DNA from: an uncultured Acidobacteriota bacterium
GTDB taxonomy: Bacteria; Acidobacteriota; Vicinamibacteria; Vicinamibacterales; UBA2999
Length of the DNA: 64,000 bases
Reading direction: 5' to 3'
Assembly (NCBI GenBank): GCA_963724485.1
Contig: CAVRUW010000002.1
Span: 65,381-129,380, forward strand
Part shown: piece after piece, positions 39,436 to 50,085 of the stretch
How positions within the stretch are numbered: the stretch's first letter is position 1
Layout: every line of letters begins with the position of its first letter
Program-made: the position numbers and the translations under genes
Notes under the pieces: model-generated
The model's database searches: none
Seen by the model: only the letters and a program-made list of their open reading frames with translations
What the model was told of the DNA's origin: nothing

Positions 39436-40194
39436 CTACAACCCCACGGTCGAAAGGTGATGCGGCAGCATCCGTCGCCACCATGGCCAGTCATGGTTGA
39501 CGTCGTAGCCCCACACATCGAGCGTGTGCGGAATGTTGAGGTGGCCCAGGAGGGATGAAAATCGTCGCGAGGCATCGGGCGCTTCCCACGCGCCCTGCCC
39601 CGTCACGATCACGATGCGGCAATGCTTCTGCAGGAGCTCGAGGAAGTTGCCATTGAGGCCCGGCAGGTACGACGTCGGATTATTGAAGTAGGCGTCGTCA
39701 TTCATGAAGCCTTTCAAGTAATCGCCCTCGAGATCGTAAAAGCCGCTCATCCCGATCAACCCTCCGAAGAGATCCGGGCGCCGGCACAGCGTATTCGCCG
39801 CGTGGAAGCACCCAAAGCTGGCGCCGGTCGTGATGGGCCGCACCTCCGGATTGCCGCACACGTGCCGCAGGTACGGCAGCACTTCCTCCTCGATGTAGCG
39901 CGCATAGAGCATCTGACGGCGCGCCTGTTCCTGAACCGGCACTTTGCGATCCATCCACGCGTGCTGATTGATGCTGTCGATCGAGAACAGCCGGATGCGT
40001 CCGGCAAAGATGGCGGCCTCGACCGACTTCACCAGAAAGAAACGCTCGTTCTCGAGGAAGTCGGCGGCGGCGGTTGGAAAAAGCAGCAAGGGGTGACCGC
40101 GATCGCCATAAGTGACGATCGGCATGTCGATGCCGAGGATCGGGCTGCGCCAGCCATCGATCCGGCGCGGGAGATGAGCGTCAACGTATGTCAT
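39436..40194 (-). CDS. Esterase family (alpha/beta hydrolase) protein
   Basis: LLLFPT, GASFG nucleophile elbow, GMSGFYD, NHDWPWW. Confidence 0.9.
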   Translation of the reverse strand: MTYVDAHLPRRIDGWRSPILGIDMPIVTYGDRGHPLLLFPTAAADFLENERFFLVKSVEAAIFAGRIRLFSIDSINQHAWMDRKVPVQEQARRQMLYARYIEEEVLPYLRHVCGNPEVRPITTGASFGCFHAANTLCRRPDLFGGLIGMSGFYDLEGDYLKGFMNDDAYFNNPTSYLPGLNGNFLELLQKHCRIVIVTGQGAWEAPDASRRFSSLLGHLNIPHTLDVWGYDVNHDWPWWRRMLPHHLSTVGL

Positions 40195-40216
40195 TCAGTG
40201 AGCGGCTCCAGGTCAG

Positions 40217-40348
40217 TCAGCGTATATCGACACGCCACACGCCACGGCCGTGGGTGAAGGCAAAGAGACGTTTGCGGCCGGACGAGTCGCGGATCAGTGA
40301 CAGCCATTCGGTCACCACCGGCCCAAACCCGGTCGCTTCGACCATCCA
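40217..40348 (-). pseudogene. Orphan 3' remnant of a BNR/beta-propeller gene
   Basis: Reads WMVEATGFGPVVTEWLSLIRDSSGRKRLFAFTHGRGVWRVDIR*; compare AFTYGRGAYRL at the end of the propeller in 17335..20451. Confidence 0.7.
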
Positions 40349-40839
40349 GCGCCCGCAAATATATAGCAGCCAGCGCGAGCAAGTCGGCTCGCGCCGCCCG
40401 CTTCGCGCCGCGGAAAAACGGCCTCTTCGCGTCAGACTGCCGATGCCGGCGGCGGCTTCAATAGTTCGTACGTCCTAGACAAATCGTTTGGGCCGACGGG
40501 TTGACCGATCGCCGGTGGCGAATCAAGGTCGCCGTCGCACGAACGCTGCGAGGCCGTTTTACCTGCACCTGTCGCGGCGCTCAGAGGGCCGCGCCAGCCG
40601 ACTCGCCCGCGCTGGCCACCGCCGCGCCGGGCAGGCGATTCCGATCTATCCGGAGGTAAGCACGCCGTTCCGCGACCTCGGCGAATCCGCGGATCGAGAG
40701 GATTAGCTTCCGCGAGTTCCTTTCTTCCGCGGATTGTTTCTTCCGCCCTTTCCCCATTCCCGCGGAGCTCTCGAGTTCGGGGTTACTCGGGTCGTGCGGA
40801 ACGGATGCCCCGGGGAAGGTCTGCTAACATTCAGCCCCC

Positions 40840-42135
40840 ATGCGATCCACTCGACGTACTTTCATCAAGGGCACCGCCCTGGCCGCAGGAGCCGCTGCTG
40901 CGGCCTGTGGCGGCGGAACATCATCGACCCCAGCGACCGCTCAAGCACCCGCCGTGAGCGAGACGCATCCGGCGATCGCCGCGCTCAAACCAATGACCGC
41001 GGGCATCACCCCGATCAGCGACGCGGAACGGCGCGGGCGGATTGAAAAAGCCCAGCGGCTCATGAACGAGCAAAAGGTCGGCGCCATCGTCATCGAGGGC
41101 GGCTCGAGCATGTTCTATTTCACCGGCACGCGCTGGGGTCTCAGCGAACGGCCGTTTGTGGTCATCATCCCCGCCAAGGGCGAGCTCGCCTACGTGACTC
41201 CGGGCTTCGAGGAGTCACGTGCGCGCGAGATCACGAAGTTCACCGATGACATTCGCGTATGGCAGGAGGACGAAAGCCCGTACAAAGTAATCGCCGGCGT
41301 GCTCCGCGACCGCGGTGTGGCGACTGGTCGAGTTGCGCTCGATGAACGTTTCCGCTTCTTCATCGCCGACGGGTTACGCGCCGAGGCGCCGACCGCCACC
41401 TTCGTTCTGGGCACGCCAATCACCGCGGGCTGCCGGATGTTCAAGACGCCGGTCGAGATCGCGCTCATGCAACGCGCCAACGACATCACGATCGAGGCCT
41501 TCAGGGCCGCGCACCAGACTCTCCGCGAAGGCATGACCGAAGCCGACTTCCGCGGCAATATCGAAGCGGCGTTTCGTGCGCTCGGCGCCACTGGTTCGGC
41601 GCTCGTGCTTTTTGGCCAATGGTCCGCGCTTCCTCACGGCACCGTGAATCCTCAAAAGCTGAAAGAAGGGGATGTCGTTCTCTTCGATGGCGGGACCAGC
41701 ATCGAAGGATACGCGTCGGACATCACACGCACGACCGTCCTCGGTACCCCGACGGCCCGACAACGCGAGGTCTGGGATCTGGAAAAACGTGCGCAGTCAG
41801 CGGGCTTCGCGGCAGCACAGATTGGCGCGCCGTGTGAAGTGGTCGATGCAGCGGCGCGCAAAGTAATCGTCGATGCGGGCTTCGGTCCCGACTACAAGAC
41901 TCCCGGGTTGCCGCACCGCACCGGGCACGGCATCGGCCTCGACGGCCACGAGTGGACCAACTTCGTGCGCGGCAACAAGACGCCGCTCGCACCGGGCATG
42001 TGCTTCAGTGACGAGCCGATGATCGCCATTCCCGGAGAGTTCGGGATCCGCCTCGAGGATTGCCTCTATATGACGGAGAAGGGTCCCGTCTTCTTCTCGC
42101 AGCAGAGTCCCGCGGTGGACAAGCCGTTCGCGTAG
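40840..42135 (+). CDS. Tat-exported M24 Xaa-Pro peptidase
   Basis: TRRTFIK Tat motif; DGG...GY.SDITRT, HRTGHGIGLDGHE, DEP, GIRLED. Confidence 0.93.
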   Translation: MRSTRRTFIKGTALAAGAAAAACGGGTSSTPATAQAPAVSETHPAIAALKPMTAGITPISDAERRGRIEKAQRLMNEQKVGAIVIEGGSSMFYFTGTRWGLSERPFVVIIPAKGELAYVTPGFEESRAREITKFTDDIRVWQEDESPYKVIAGVLRDRGVATGRVALDERFRFFIADGLRAEAPTATFVLGTPITAGCRMFKTPVEIALMQRANDITIEAFRAAHQTLREGMTEADFRGNIEAAFRALGATGSALVLFGQWSALPHGTVNPQKLKEGDVVLFDGGTSIEGYASDITRTTVLGTPTARQREVWDLEKRAQSAGFAAAQIGAPCEVVDAAARKVIVDAGFGPDYKTPGLPHRTGHGIGLDGHEWTNFVRGNKTPLAPGMCFSDEPMIAIPGEFGIRLEDCLYMTEKGPVFFSQQSPAVDKPFA

Positions 42136-42152
42136 ATCGCGAGGTCCTCAGC

Positions 42153-42182
42153 CCACGGTCCACGGTCTCCGGTCTCCGGTCA
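42153..42182. repeat. Short heptamer tandem repeat between convergent genes
   Basis: ccacggt-ccacggt-ctccggt-ctccggt. Confidence 0.6.
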
Positions 42183-42189
42183 GGACTGA

Positions 42190-43508
42190 TCACTGGCTCG
42201 GCACGTCGACGATGACTTCTGCGGAAGGTGAAGACGTCCCAGTGAAGTTCACTGCGGTCATGCGGATGAAGTAACGTCCCGGCGGGACGCCGGCCGCTGT
42301 AAACGATGTGGCGCTGCCACCGAGATCCACTGTGCCGAGATCGCTTGCGCCACTGCGGCTGCCAGCGTGGATAACGAAACGATCCGCCGGTGGTGAGTGC
42401 GCAGGAAGGCTCCACGAAATGGTGACCCGCTGACCGTTGACGGTTGCTGGCGGCACTGTCGGTGGCAGCGGAGGAAACACGCCGCCCACGGACGCAAAGC
42501 CGTTCGAAATGTTCACCTGCGACCGCGGGCTGGCCAGTGCGAAGATCGAGGTCCTGAATGGCGGCCCCAGGACGAATATCGTTCGATGCCACGATCGCGC
42601 GCAATCCATCGGGGCTGATCGCCATCGAGTGCACGCCATAAGGCACGGCAAGTTCGGTGCGCGAAGCCAGCGTGTCGAACTCGACGAGATTGGTGCGGCG
42701 GTAAAAGATCAATGGAGCACCAGGTCCCGGATCGAACGACCACGAGCGCGAGACGACAACGGCATCCCCGCCGGGTACGGTGCTCCAGATGCTGCCGGTT
42801 CCCGGTCCGCTGAACGGGGCCGGTGGTGCGCCTCCTGGCATCGGCGCAGCGGCGATTTCAGTTCCGCTCGCGACGTCGTAGAGCACGAGCTCGGTGACCG
42901 AAGTCGCACTTCGAATGACCAACGCTCGCGAGCCGTCAGAATTGATGGCGAAGCCGAGGGATGGCGAAGTGCCAACGCTAAACGTACTGAGCCTGGTGCC
43001 GGTCGATTCGTCGAGCGATTCGATAGTCCCTGAACCGCACGAGACCACAAGGCGTGAACCGTCCACTGTAAGTGCCAAAGTTGATGCCGGTGCCCCCCCG
43101 CACGCGTCGTATGGCCGCAAACCCGTCGGATCCAGCCTCGTGACGACGCCGGCGACCAGGCCGTAAACAGCGAGTCGACGCGGATGTGCGCGGAGTGGTC
43201 GCAGCGGTGTCTGGATGAGTGTCCGAAAACCGGTAACGAGGTCGCGCACTTCGAGTGATGGAGCAGTCGGAGAAAACACGGACAGCACGAAGAAATCGTC
43301 CATCGGAACTGAACAGCGCGGGTCCACTGAAAGACTTCTGCTCACGAGACTCGACCACCCCGGTCCCGAGATTGACGACTTCCAGCGTGGTCGGATTCAG
43401 GAAGACGGAGTAACCAACCGCGAGACGTTGGGCTTCGACAGAAGAAGCGGACAGCAGCAGCGCCGTGGCTGTGACAAACACGGCACCGAAGACTCCAACG
43501 TTTGGCAT
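42190..43508 (-). CDS. Secreted YVTN-like beta-propeller with C-terminal FN3-like domain; +1 frameshifts near 43294 and 42528
   Basis: Signal peptide in ORF 42978..43508, propeller repeats in 42005..43345, FN3-like end (VTISW...GRYFIRMTAVN) in 42190..42651. Confidence 0.75.
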
Positions 43509-43604
43509 GCCGGGATCCTAGCACCTCGGATCACTGGTCGCAGATCACCGAGAACTGATCAGAGTTGACCGAGGTGGTTGGTTCGAGGTTCACTGCTCGC
43601 CACC

Positions 43605-44729
43605 ATGACGAGACGGCTCATCGCTGCAGCGTTGACCGCGTCGGCTATCGCCTCGGTAGTTCGCGCGCAGCCGAGCGCGACTGACGGCCCCGTCGGACCC
43701 AGCCCCTACGACGTCGTGCGCGGCTGGCAGCAGCCATTCGCCGAGCCAGGGTTTGCGTTCGGCGGCAACTCCGGCGTGTTCGCGGAGTCGCCGGACCGCA
43801 TCTTCATCGCGCAGCGTGGCGAGTTCCGTCTGCCCGACCCTCTTCCTTCGGGGTTTGCCGGCTTCGCCGGCTCGATCATGATGAACGTCCTCACCGCGTC
43901 GGATCGGCGCGTGTGGCGCAACTGCCTGTACACGCTCGACCGCGATGGGCGCGTGAAGGAGCGCTGGACGCAGTGGGATCGCTTGTGCGAAGGCTCTGAG
44001 GGGCCCGGACCGCATCGGCTGCGCATCAGTCCGTACGATCCCGAACGGCGTGTCTGGGTCGTCAACGAGACGTTCCACCAGATCTACGTGTTCTCGAACG
44101 ATGGCCGCTCGTTACTGAAGACACTGGGCGAGAAGAACGTGCCCGGAGCCGATGCCACCCACTTCGCCCGGCCGCAGGACGTGGCGTTTCTGCCCGACGG
44201 CCGAATCCTCGTCGCTGACGGGCTCGACAATCACCGCGTGATGATCCTGGACCGCGACGCCAACTATCTCGCCGAGTTTGGCGGTCCGGGCAAAGGCCCG
44301 GGACAGTTCAACGGCGTGCATGCCGTTGCGGTGGGCCCGAACGGACGCATCTTCGCGCTCGACCGTTCGGGCGGGCGCATCAACGTGTTTCGCATCACCG
44401 CCGATCCGAAGAAAGTGGAGTTCGTCGCCGCCTGGCCCGGCTTCTCGCTGCCGCTGGATCTCATCGTCAACGACGATGCCGTGTGGATGACGGACCTCAA
44501 GCCGCTGCGCTTCGTGAAGTTGGACTTCGACGGCAAACGCCTCTACACGTGGCACGTGCCGAGCGATCTCCCCGACGGATATCTCGAGGTGCACGCGTTC
44601 TCGGTGGACTCAGCGGGCAACCTCTATGGCGGCGACAATCAGTACGGGCGAACGCAGAAGTTCGTGCCGAAGCAGGGGGCCGATCCGAAGCTGCTGATTC
44701 GCGCGCCGTGGGTTGCGCGGCGCCAGTGA
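43605..44729 (+). CDS. Secreted NHL-repeat protein (PAL lyase-like propeller)
   Basis: F.RPQDVAF.PDG.I.VADG..NHRV, GPGQFNGVHAVAV, H.FSVDSAGNLY. Confidence 0.85.
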   Translation: MTRRLIAAALTASAIASVVRAQPSATDGPVGPSPYDVVRGWQQPFAEPGFAFGGNSGVFAESPDRIFIAQRGEFRLPDPLPSGFAGFAGSIMMNVLTASDRRVWRNCLYTLDRDGRVKERWTQWDRLCEGSEGPGPHRLRISPYDPERRVWVVNETFHQIYVFSNDGRSLLKTLGEKNVPGADATHFARPQDVAFLPDGRILVADGLDNHRVMILDRDANYLAEFGGPGKGPGQFNGVHAVAVGPNGRIFALDRSGGRINVFRITADPKKVEFVAAWPGFSLPLDLIVNDDAVWMTDLKPLRFVKLDFDGKRLYTWHVPSDLPDGYLEVHAFSVDSAGNLYGGDNQYGRTQKFVPKQGADPKLLIRAPWVARRQ

Positions 44730-44744
44730 TCGGTGGGCCAGTGT

Positions 44745-44775
44745 CAATTTCCAGTTGCCAGTTACCAGTTCAAAG
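44745..44775. repeat. Half copy (left arm) of the heptamer-armed element
   Basis: caatttc-cagttgc-cagttac-cagttcaaag. Confidence 0.8.
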
Positions 44776-44805
44776 ACAACGACCGGTACCTGCCGCATCT
44801 CGCTG

Positions 44806-46936
44806 CTAGAAGACCTTGCGACTCTCCAGGCTCTTCTCGATCTCCTGCCTGACCCGCAGGATTGGCCGCATCTTCTTCTGCGACGCCAGCGCGCAACTGA
44901 TCGTCGACGTGCTTCGAGCCGACGCGTGACCAATTGCCATACCCGAGCAGTGCTTCCCCTTTCGGCGGACCGGTCTTCGAGAACTCGATGACGGCGTAGA
45001 AGGTATCGCCGCTCTGAATCTGCGCCTTGCCGTCGACGAACGGGCCAACGCCGACGGTTCGAATACCACCCAAATTGCCCGGGATGCCGTTTCCTGGCAA
45101 ATCCAGCGCGCCCTTGCGGAGGCGAATCACGTCGCCCCAGATCACGTGCATCGTGTCGTACTCATTCTCGAGCCGTCGCGCCTCGCTTTCGAGCAGGCCC
45201 GCGGCCTTCGCTGGATCCGCGAATCCGCGCGGAGTGGTCAACGGCTGTCTCGGATCCGCGGGAACGGCGTATCCGCCAGCGTTCTGAAAGTTGTTGCCCG
45301 CAGCCTGAACGAACCGGAAGAACAGGAACGTGCCGTCGCTGGTCGTCTCGCCTTTGCGGTCCCACTTGGCGAGGATCTCGGCGGCCTCCTTGGCCTTGGT
45401 GCCCCCGACTTGTCGCGCCGCGGTGACGAGATCGTCGACGAAGTGATCCGCGATCTCGCTGTGCGTTGACAGTTTCATCGCTTTCAACTCATCCAGCGAG
45501 ATCTTTCCCGATTCTGACAAGAGCCGGATGCTACGCTGCGCTCGCTGCGTCAGCGATGGCAGGGGGGCGATGTAAGGCAGGAAGTTCTTCGGCTCGATCG
45601 CCATCGGATACACCGATGTCCACGGCGAGTCGTTGCAGTTCTGCACCCAGCCGGTCGCCGGGTCCAGTACCTGCGGGAGCTGGTCGAAGGGCACGATCTT
45701 ATCGGTCGACATCAGCTCCGATCGATCGCCGGGGATCACACCGTTCCAGGTACCTGATGATCGCCATGCGCACGGACCGGCGGGGCCGCGTTGTAGACGT
45801 ACATGATGTGGCCGTCGCGATCCGCGTACATCGTGTGGAAGATCGGCAGCTGCTGCATCCGCATGGCGTTCCGCCATTCGTCGAGATTGCGGGCCAGGCC
45901 CATGCGCCAGAACTGCTCGAACATCCGCGGACGATCCGCGGCCACGACACGCAGCGCGACCGTCACTCCCCGCCGATCGGAGAACACCGGGCCGTGGACA
46001 GTACGGCGAATCGTGAATGGCTCGTCGCGAAGCGTGCCATCCGCCTGCTTCACTTTGATGATCTGCTGCTCGACGTCGAAGCTCTTCGTCGTTCCGTCGA
46101 GCACATAGCCGTTCTCTCTCAAAGTGAGGCGGTAGACGTCGGCCCCCGTGGGACCGTTGGTCGTCTGCGTCCATCCGACGTACTCCGTGAAGGTCTGTCG
46201 CAGCACCGGAAAGCCAACCCACACCGCACCGTACAGAAGTCACTCCAGGCGCCGTCAGTTGAACCTCGAAGTAAGTGTCGTTGTCTCCCCAGGGAAGATG
46301 TGAGTTGCTCAAAAGCATCGCGTTACCTGAGGCACTCTTCGACGGGCCGATTGCCCAGCCATTCGAGCCGTGCGTCTCCACTTCTTCGCGACGCGCCCGG
46401 TTGCGCACCGTGTTCTGACTCGTGAGCCAGTCGTAGTGGATGATGCGGAGACCGTGCGCGTAGACGTCTTCTGGTGTGAGCGGCAGAACGGCCTTCGCCG
46501 CGTCGCTCACCATATCGGGATGCTCGGTCGCCCAGGCGTTCAGACCCGACGCAAACGCGCGGATGAAGGGGGCAAATTCCGCTGTCTGCTGCGACGCCCA
46601 CACTTTCGCCTTCGCAGGGATGCCGGTCGTCCGCACCCAGCGATCGCTGTCGAGGTACGCATCGCCGTAGAATTCGGCGCCACGGCCACGCGCCTGGGCG
46701 TAGAGTCGCACCAGCAGCTCCGAGTGCCCCTCCATTTGAGCGTAGCCGTAGGCGTAGAAGAGGCTCTCGTGATCGGGGGCAAAGATGTGCGGGATGCCGT
46801 AGCGATCCCAAAGGATTTCCGTGCCTTTCGCCGGCGCGGCGGCCAGCGGCCGGTGATTGGTGCCGGCAAGAAGCGTCAGCCCGAGGACGATGGCGAGACG
46901 CGAGCGGCTCGTGAATCGCGGCGCGAGGTGCTTCAT
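44806..46936 (-). CDS. Penicillin acylase family Ntn-hydrolase; insertions near 46235, 45752 (two) and 44893
   Basis: WDRYGIPHIFA, YGYAQ, GSNGWAIGP (nucleophilic Ser), NSHLPW; the correct middle frame is ORF 45736..46224 (RRTVHGPV, YADRDGHIMY). Confidence 0.9.
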
Positions 46937-46970
46937 GGCGACACCATACACCCGCGTGCATTTTCGCGTA

Positions 46971-47040
46971 AATGGGGACTGTCCCCTTTTATGCATGTGA
47001 CACTATTTGTCTCTGAATAAATGGGGACAGTCCCCTTTTT
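46971..47040. repeat. Pair of GGGGAC(A/T)GTCCCC palindromes (REP-like)
   Basis: Cores at 46974-46986 and 47023-47035. Confidence 0.9.
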
Positions 47041-47054
47041 CACGGGAGTGCCCA

Positions 47055-48224
47055 ATGCTGCGCAGTGTTGTCGTTCTCGTCGTCCTGATCCACGCGTCGA
47101 TTGCCGGCGCGCAGCCGCGCTATTACCCCGATCGGTTCGACTGGCAACGACGGACGCCCGATCAGGTCGGGCTGAACAAAGCCGCGATCGACGAAGCGAT
47201 CAAGTTCGCGATCGCGAACGAGAACACCGCGCCGAAGGATCTCGCCATCGCGCACGCGATGTCGCTCGGCGCAGAACCCTTCGATACGCCGATCGGTCCG
47301 CACAAAATCCGCGCCGCCGCGAACGGCGTCATCATTCGCAACGGCTATGTGATCGCCGAATGGGGTGACACCAAGGCCGTCGACATGACCTTCAGCGTGA
47401 CCAAGACGTTTCTGTCGACGGTCGTCGGCCTCGCGTGGCAGAAGGGGCTGATTCGCGATGTCACCGACCGGGCCCGCGACTACATGCCCCCTGGTGTCGA
47501 TCTCTTCGAGGATCCGCACAACCAGTCGATCACATGGGAACACTTGCTGCGGCAGACCAGCGACTGGAAGGGCACGCTGTGGGGGAAACCTGATTGGGCC
47601 GACAGGCCCGAAGGCAAGCCCGAACAGTGGGCGAACCGGACCCTTCACGAGCCGGGCACGCACTACAAGTACAACGACGTGAGGGTCAACGCGCTCGCGC
47701 TGGCGGCGCTGCATGTGATTCGTCGGCCATTGCCGGACGTGCTCCGCGAGGAGGTCATGGAGCCCATCGGCGCGTCGAGCACCTGGCGCTGGCATGGGTA
47801 TGACAACTCGTGGATCGATCTCGATGGTCGCAAGGTGCAATCGATGACCGGTGGTGGTCACTGGGGCGGCGGGATGTTCATCAACGCCTGGGACATGGCC
47901 CGTTTCGGTTACCTGTTCCTGCGCAATGGCAAATGGAACGACAAGCCGATCGTCTCCGAGAAATGGATTGCGCTGGCGCGAACCCCCGGCCCGGCGAACA
48001 ACGAGTACGGCTACATGAACTGGTTCCTCAACACCGGTCGCAAGTCTCTGCCGTCCGTACCAGAGTCGAGCGTCACCTTCCGCGGCAACGGCCAGAACAT
48101 CATCTACGTCGACTGGCAGAACGATCTCGTTGTCGTCGTCCGATGGATTGGCGGAGGCAGCGCGCTGAATGACTTCTTGGGTAAGGTTGTTGCTGCGGTC
48201 CGAACGACGACGACGCAGCAATAA
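47055..48224 (+). CDS. Serine hydrolase, class C beta-lactamase-like family
   Basis: Signal peptide; FSVTK (SxxK), HLLRQTS, YKYND, DMARFG.LFL..GKW. Confidence 0.9.
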   Translation: MLRSVVVLVVLIHASIAGAQPRYYPDRFDWQRRTPDQVGLNKAAIDEAIKFAIANENTAPKDLAIAHAMSLGAEPFDTPIGPHKIRAAANGVIIRNGYVIAEWGDTKAVDMTFSVTKTFLSTVVGLAWQKGLIRDVTDRARDYMPPGVDLFEDPHNQSITWEHLLRQTSDWKGTLWGKPDWADRPEGKPEQWANRTLHEPGTHYKYNDVRVNALALAALHVIRRPLPDVLREEVMEPIGASSTWRWHGYDNSWIDLDGRKVQSMTGGGHWGGGMFINAWDMARFGYLFLRNGKWNDKPIVSEKWIALARTPGPANNEYGYMNWFLNTGRKSLPSVPESSVTFRGNGQNIIYVDWQNDLVVVVRWIGGGSALNDFLGKVVAAVRTTTTQQ

Positions 48225-48284
48225 TGCCGTCGGGCCCTATTTGAGGACCTTGGAGCGAGACTGATTGTTGGCCGGCTGATCTTC

Positions 48285-49292
48285 TTATTTCGTTGACGCC
48301 TGCGAAACCCTTGGTGCGACCAGGATCCGTTTGGGCCCACCACCCCGCGCGAACTGAATGTTCGTGAGCACCTTGCGCGAGTTGATGTCGATCGCTGCGA
48401 CGGCGTGAGAATCCCAAAGGCTCACGAACAACACCTGACCGTCAGGCCGCACCGTGAACCAGTGTGGAAACTTGCCGACGCGAACCTGCCCGATCTCCTT
48501 CAGGTCCTTCGTGCTGACGATGCGCACCAGGTCGTTGACGCAATCGGTGACCCACAGCTCGGTGTCATTCTTCACGAGTTGAAGCGCGTGCGTGTAGGTG
48601 TTGAGGTACGGCTTGGGGACACCGTCCGGCAGTTGCGCCAGCTCCACGCGTCTGGTCACAGCACGCTTCTCCGGATCGACGAGGACGAAGCCGATCAGAT
48701 GGGAAAGCGCGGTGTAGATAATCTTGCCGTCGTGAGTGGGCTCGAGCGGGCGCACGCCATCGCTCGTCGGGATCTGGTGCAGGAGTGATTGCGTTGCGGG
48801 ATCGAACACGGCAATGGCGTTGCCGTATTGCGCGCCGACATAGATGCGCGATCCGTCCGCTGAGGTGTACGCGTCGTGCGGTCCCTCGTTCATCGGGATT
48901 TTCTTCACGAGTTTCAACGGATCCAGCTGGATGATCGCGACCGAATTCTCTCCGCGCATCGGCATGTACGCGAAGCGGCCGTCCTTGGTGAGCGTCATCT
49001 GGTTCGGATCTTTGCCGAGCGGGATCTGCGCTTCGATCTTGCCCGAGCGCGCATCGATTACCTGAAAATTGCCGGTGCGATCGCTCCCGATGTAGACCTT
49101 CGACCCATCCGGCGACGTTGCCAGGCCATGCGGCCGCGGGTCGGTCTGGATGCGCCGAATCTCCTTGAATGTATAGGCGTCGATCTCGACGAGCTGATCG
49201 GAGTCACCCAGCGTGACCCAGAGGGTGACATCGCGTCCTTGCGTCGTGGCAGGGTGGTGCAGGAGAGCGAGAAGGATGGCAGCGACGGTCAC
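48285..49292 (-). CDS. YVTN/YncE-type beta-propeller protein
   Basis: Repeats PHGLATSPDG, PNQMTLTKDG, PHDAYTSADG, PHWFTVRPDG. Confidence 0.88.
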   Translation of the reverse strand: MTVAAILLALLHHPATTQGRDVTLWVTLGDSDQLVEIDAYTFKEIRRIQTDPRPHGLATSPDGSKVYIGSDRTGNFQVIDARSGKIEAQIPLGKDPNQMTLTKDGRFAYMPMRGENSVAIIQLDPLKLVKKIPMNEGPHDAYTSADGSRIYVGAQYGNAIAVFDPATQSLLHQIPTSDGVRPLEPTHDGKIIYTALSHLIGFVLVDPEKRAVTRRVELAQLPDGVPKPYLNTYTHALQLVKNDTELWVTDCVNDLVRIVSTKDLKEIGQVRVGKFPHWFTVRPDGQVLFVSLWDSHAVAAIDINSRKVLTNIQFARGGGPKRILVAPRVSQASTK

Positions 49293-49307
49293 GTCTTCTC
49301 ATGGTCG

Positions 49308-49443
49308 AAAGAGACTGACCTCTTTTTATCAGAATTCGCGAGGAGAGCGGCGAAGGAGAGGAGGGGGAAGGGGGGACTGTCCCTTGACGCAAGTGGAGTG
49401 ACGAATGGGGGGACTGTCCCTGTTAAGAGGGGACTGCCCCCTC
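49308..49443. repeat. Cluster of degenerate GGGGACTGTCCC palindromes
   Basis: Copies at about 49372-49383, 49409-49420 and 49429-49441; variant aaagagactgacctcttt at about 49308-49325. Confidence 0.8.
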
Positions 49444-50070
49444 TCAGGCATTGCCAATTTTTGTCAGCAGCACGGAGAGCCAGGCAAAGCTCAGGACCAC
49501 GGCAAGCGCAAAGGGCACGACCAGGCCTTGCGCGCCCGACGCAATTCCCATGAAGGCCGCCAGGAAAAGCAGGCCGGTTGCGAGCGAGAACATCGACCAG
49601 CCACGCTGACCGAGATCATTGAACCTGCGCGCGAAGATGAGGCATGACGCAATCAGTCCGGCGAACCCGATTGCTCCGAAGACGAAATGGAGGATGCCGT
49701 GCGTGCTGATCGTGTTGTTCGTCGCCGGCGTCCCGGGCGGAAAGCCGAGCGCCGGATCGGCACGAAAGATCCCCGCGCCAATCAATCCGATCCCGTAGAG
49801 ACCCAGCATGATCGGCGCCCACGTTCGTCCCCGGCCGGATCGCACTGCTTGTTTCACACCGGCCGCACCCGCAATCACGAGAGCGCCAGTGATCAAGAAG
49901 TTGGCGATCTGGATCCAGCCGAGCTCGCCGTTGCTCATCAGGCTCAGTGGGTGACGCCTGATGTCGAAGCCCTCGCGGATCGCCATCTGCGACAAAGCGA
50001 CGCCGACGTAGAACGGACCTGCGATGGCGCCGAGTGTCAGGAGCTGTTTGACTGCGCGGCTGTGTGCCAC
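49444..50070 (-). CDS. DUF998 family membrane protein
   Basis: REGFD..RHPLSLMSNG..GWIQ.ANF, F.ADP..GFPPG, HG.LH; several TM helices. Confidence 0.85.
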   Translation of the reverse strand: MAHSRAVKQLLTLGAIAGPFYVGVALSQMAIREGFDIRRHPLSLMSNGELGWIQIANFLITGALVIAGAAGVKQAVRSGRGRTWAPIMLGLYGIGLIGAGIFRADPALGFPPGTPATNNTISTHGILHFVFGAIGFAGLIASCLIFARRFNDLGQRGWSMFSLATGLLFLAAFMGIASGAQGLVVPFALAVVLSFAWLSVLLTKIGNA

Positions 50071-50085
50071 GTTCGGATCTTAGGC

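Noticed and set aside
44806..48224. Dedicated beta-lactam degradation cluster (acylase, class C-like hydrolase, distant MBL)
   Set aside because: These families are broad-specificity and common, the genes are not in one operon, and substrates cannot be inferred from sequence.
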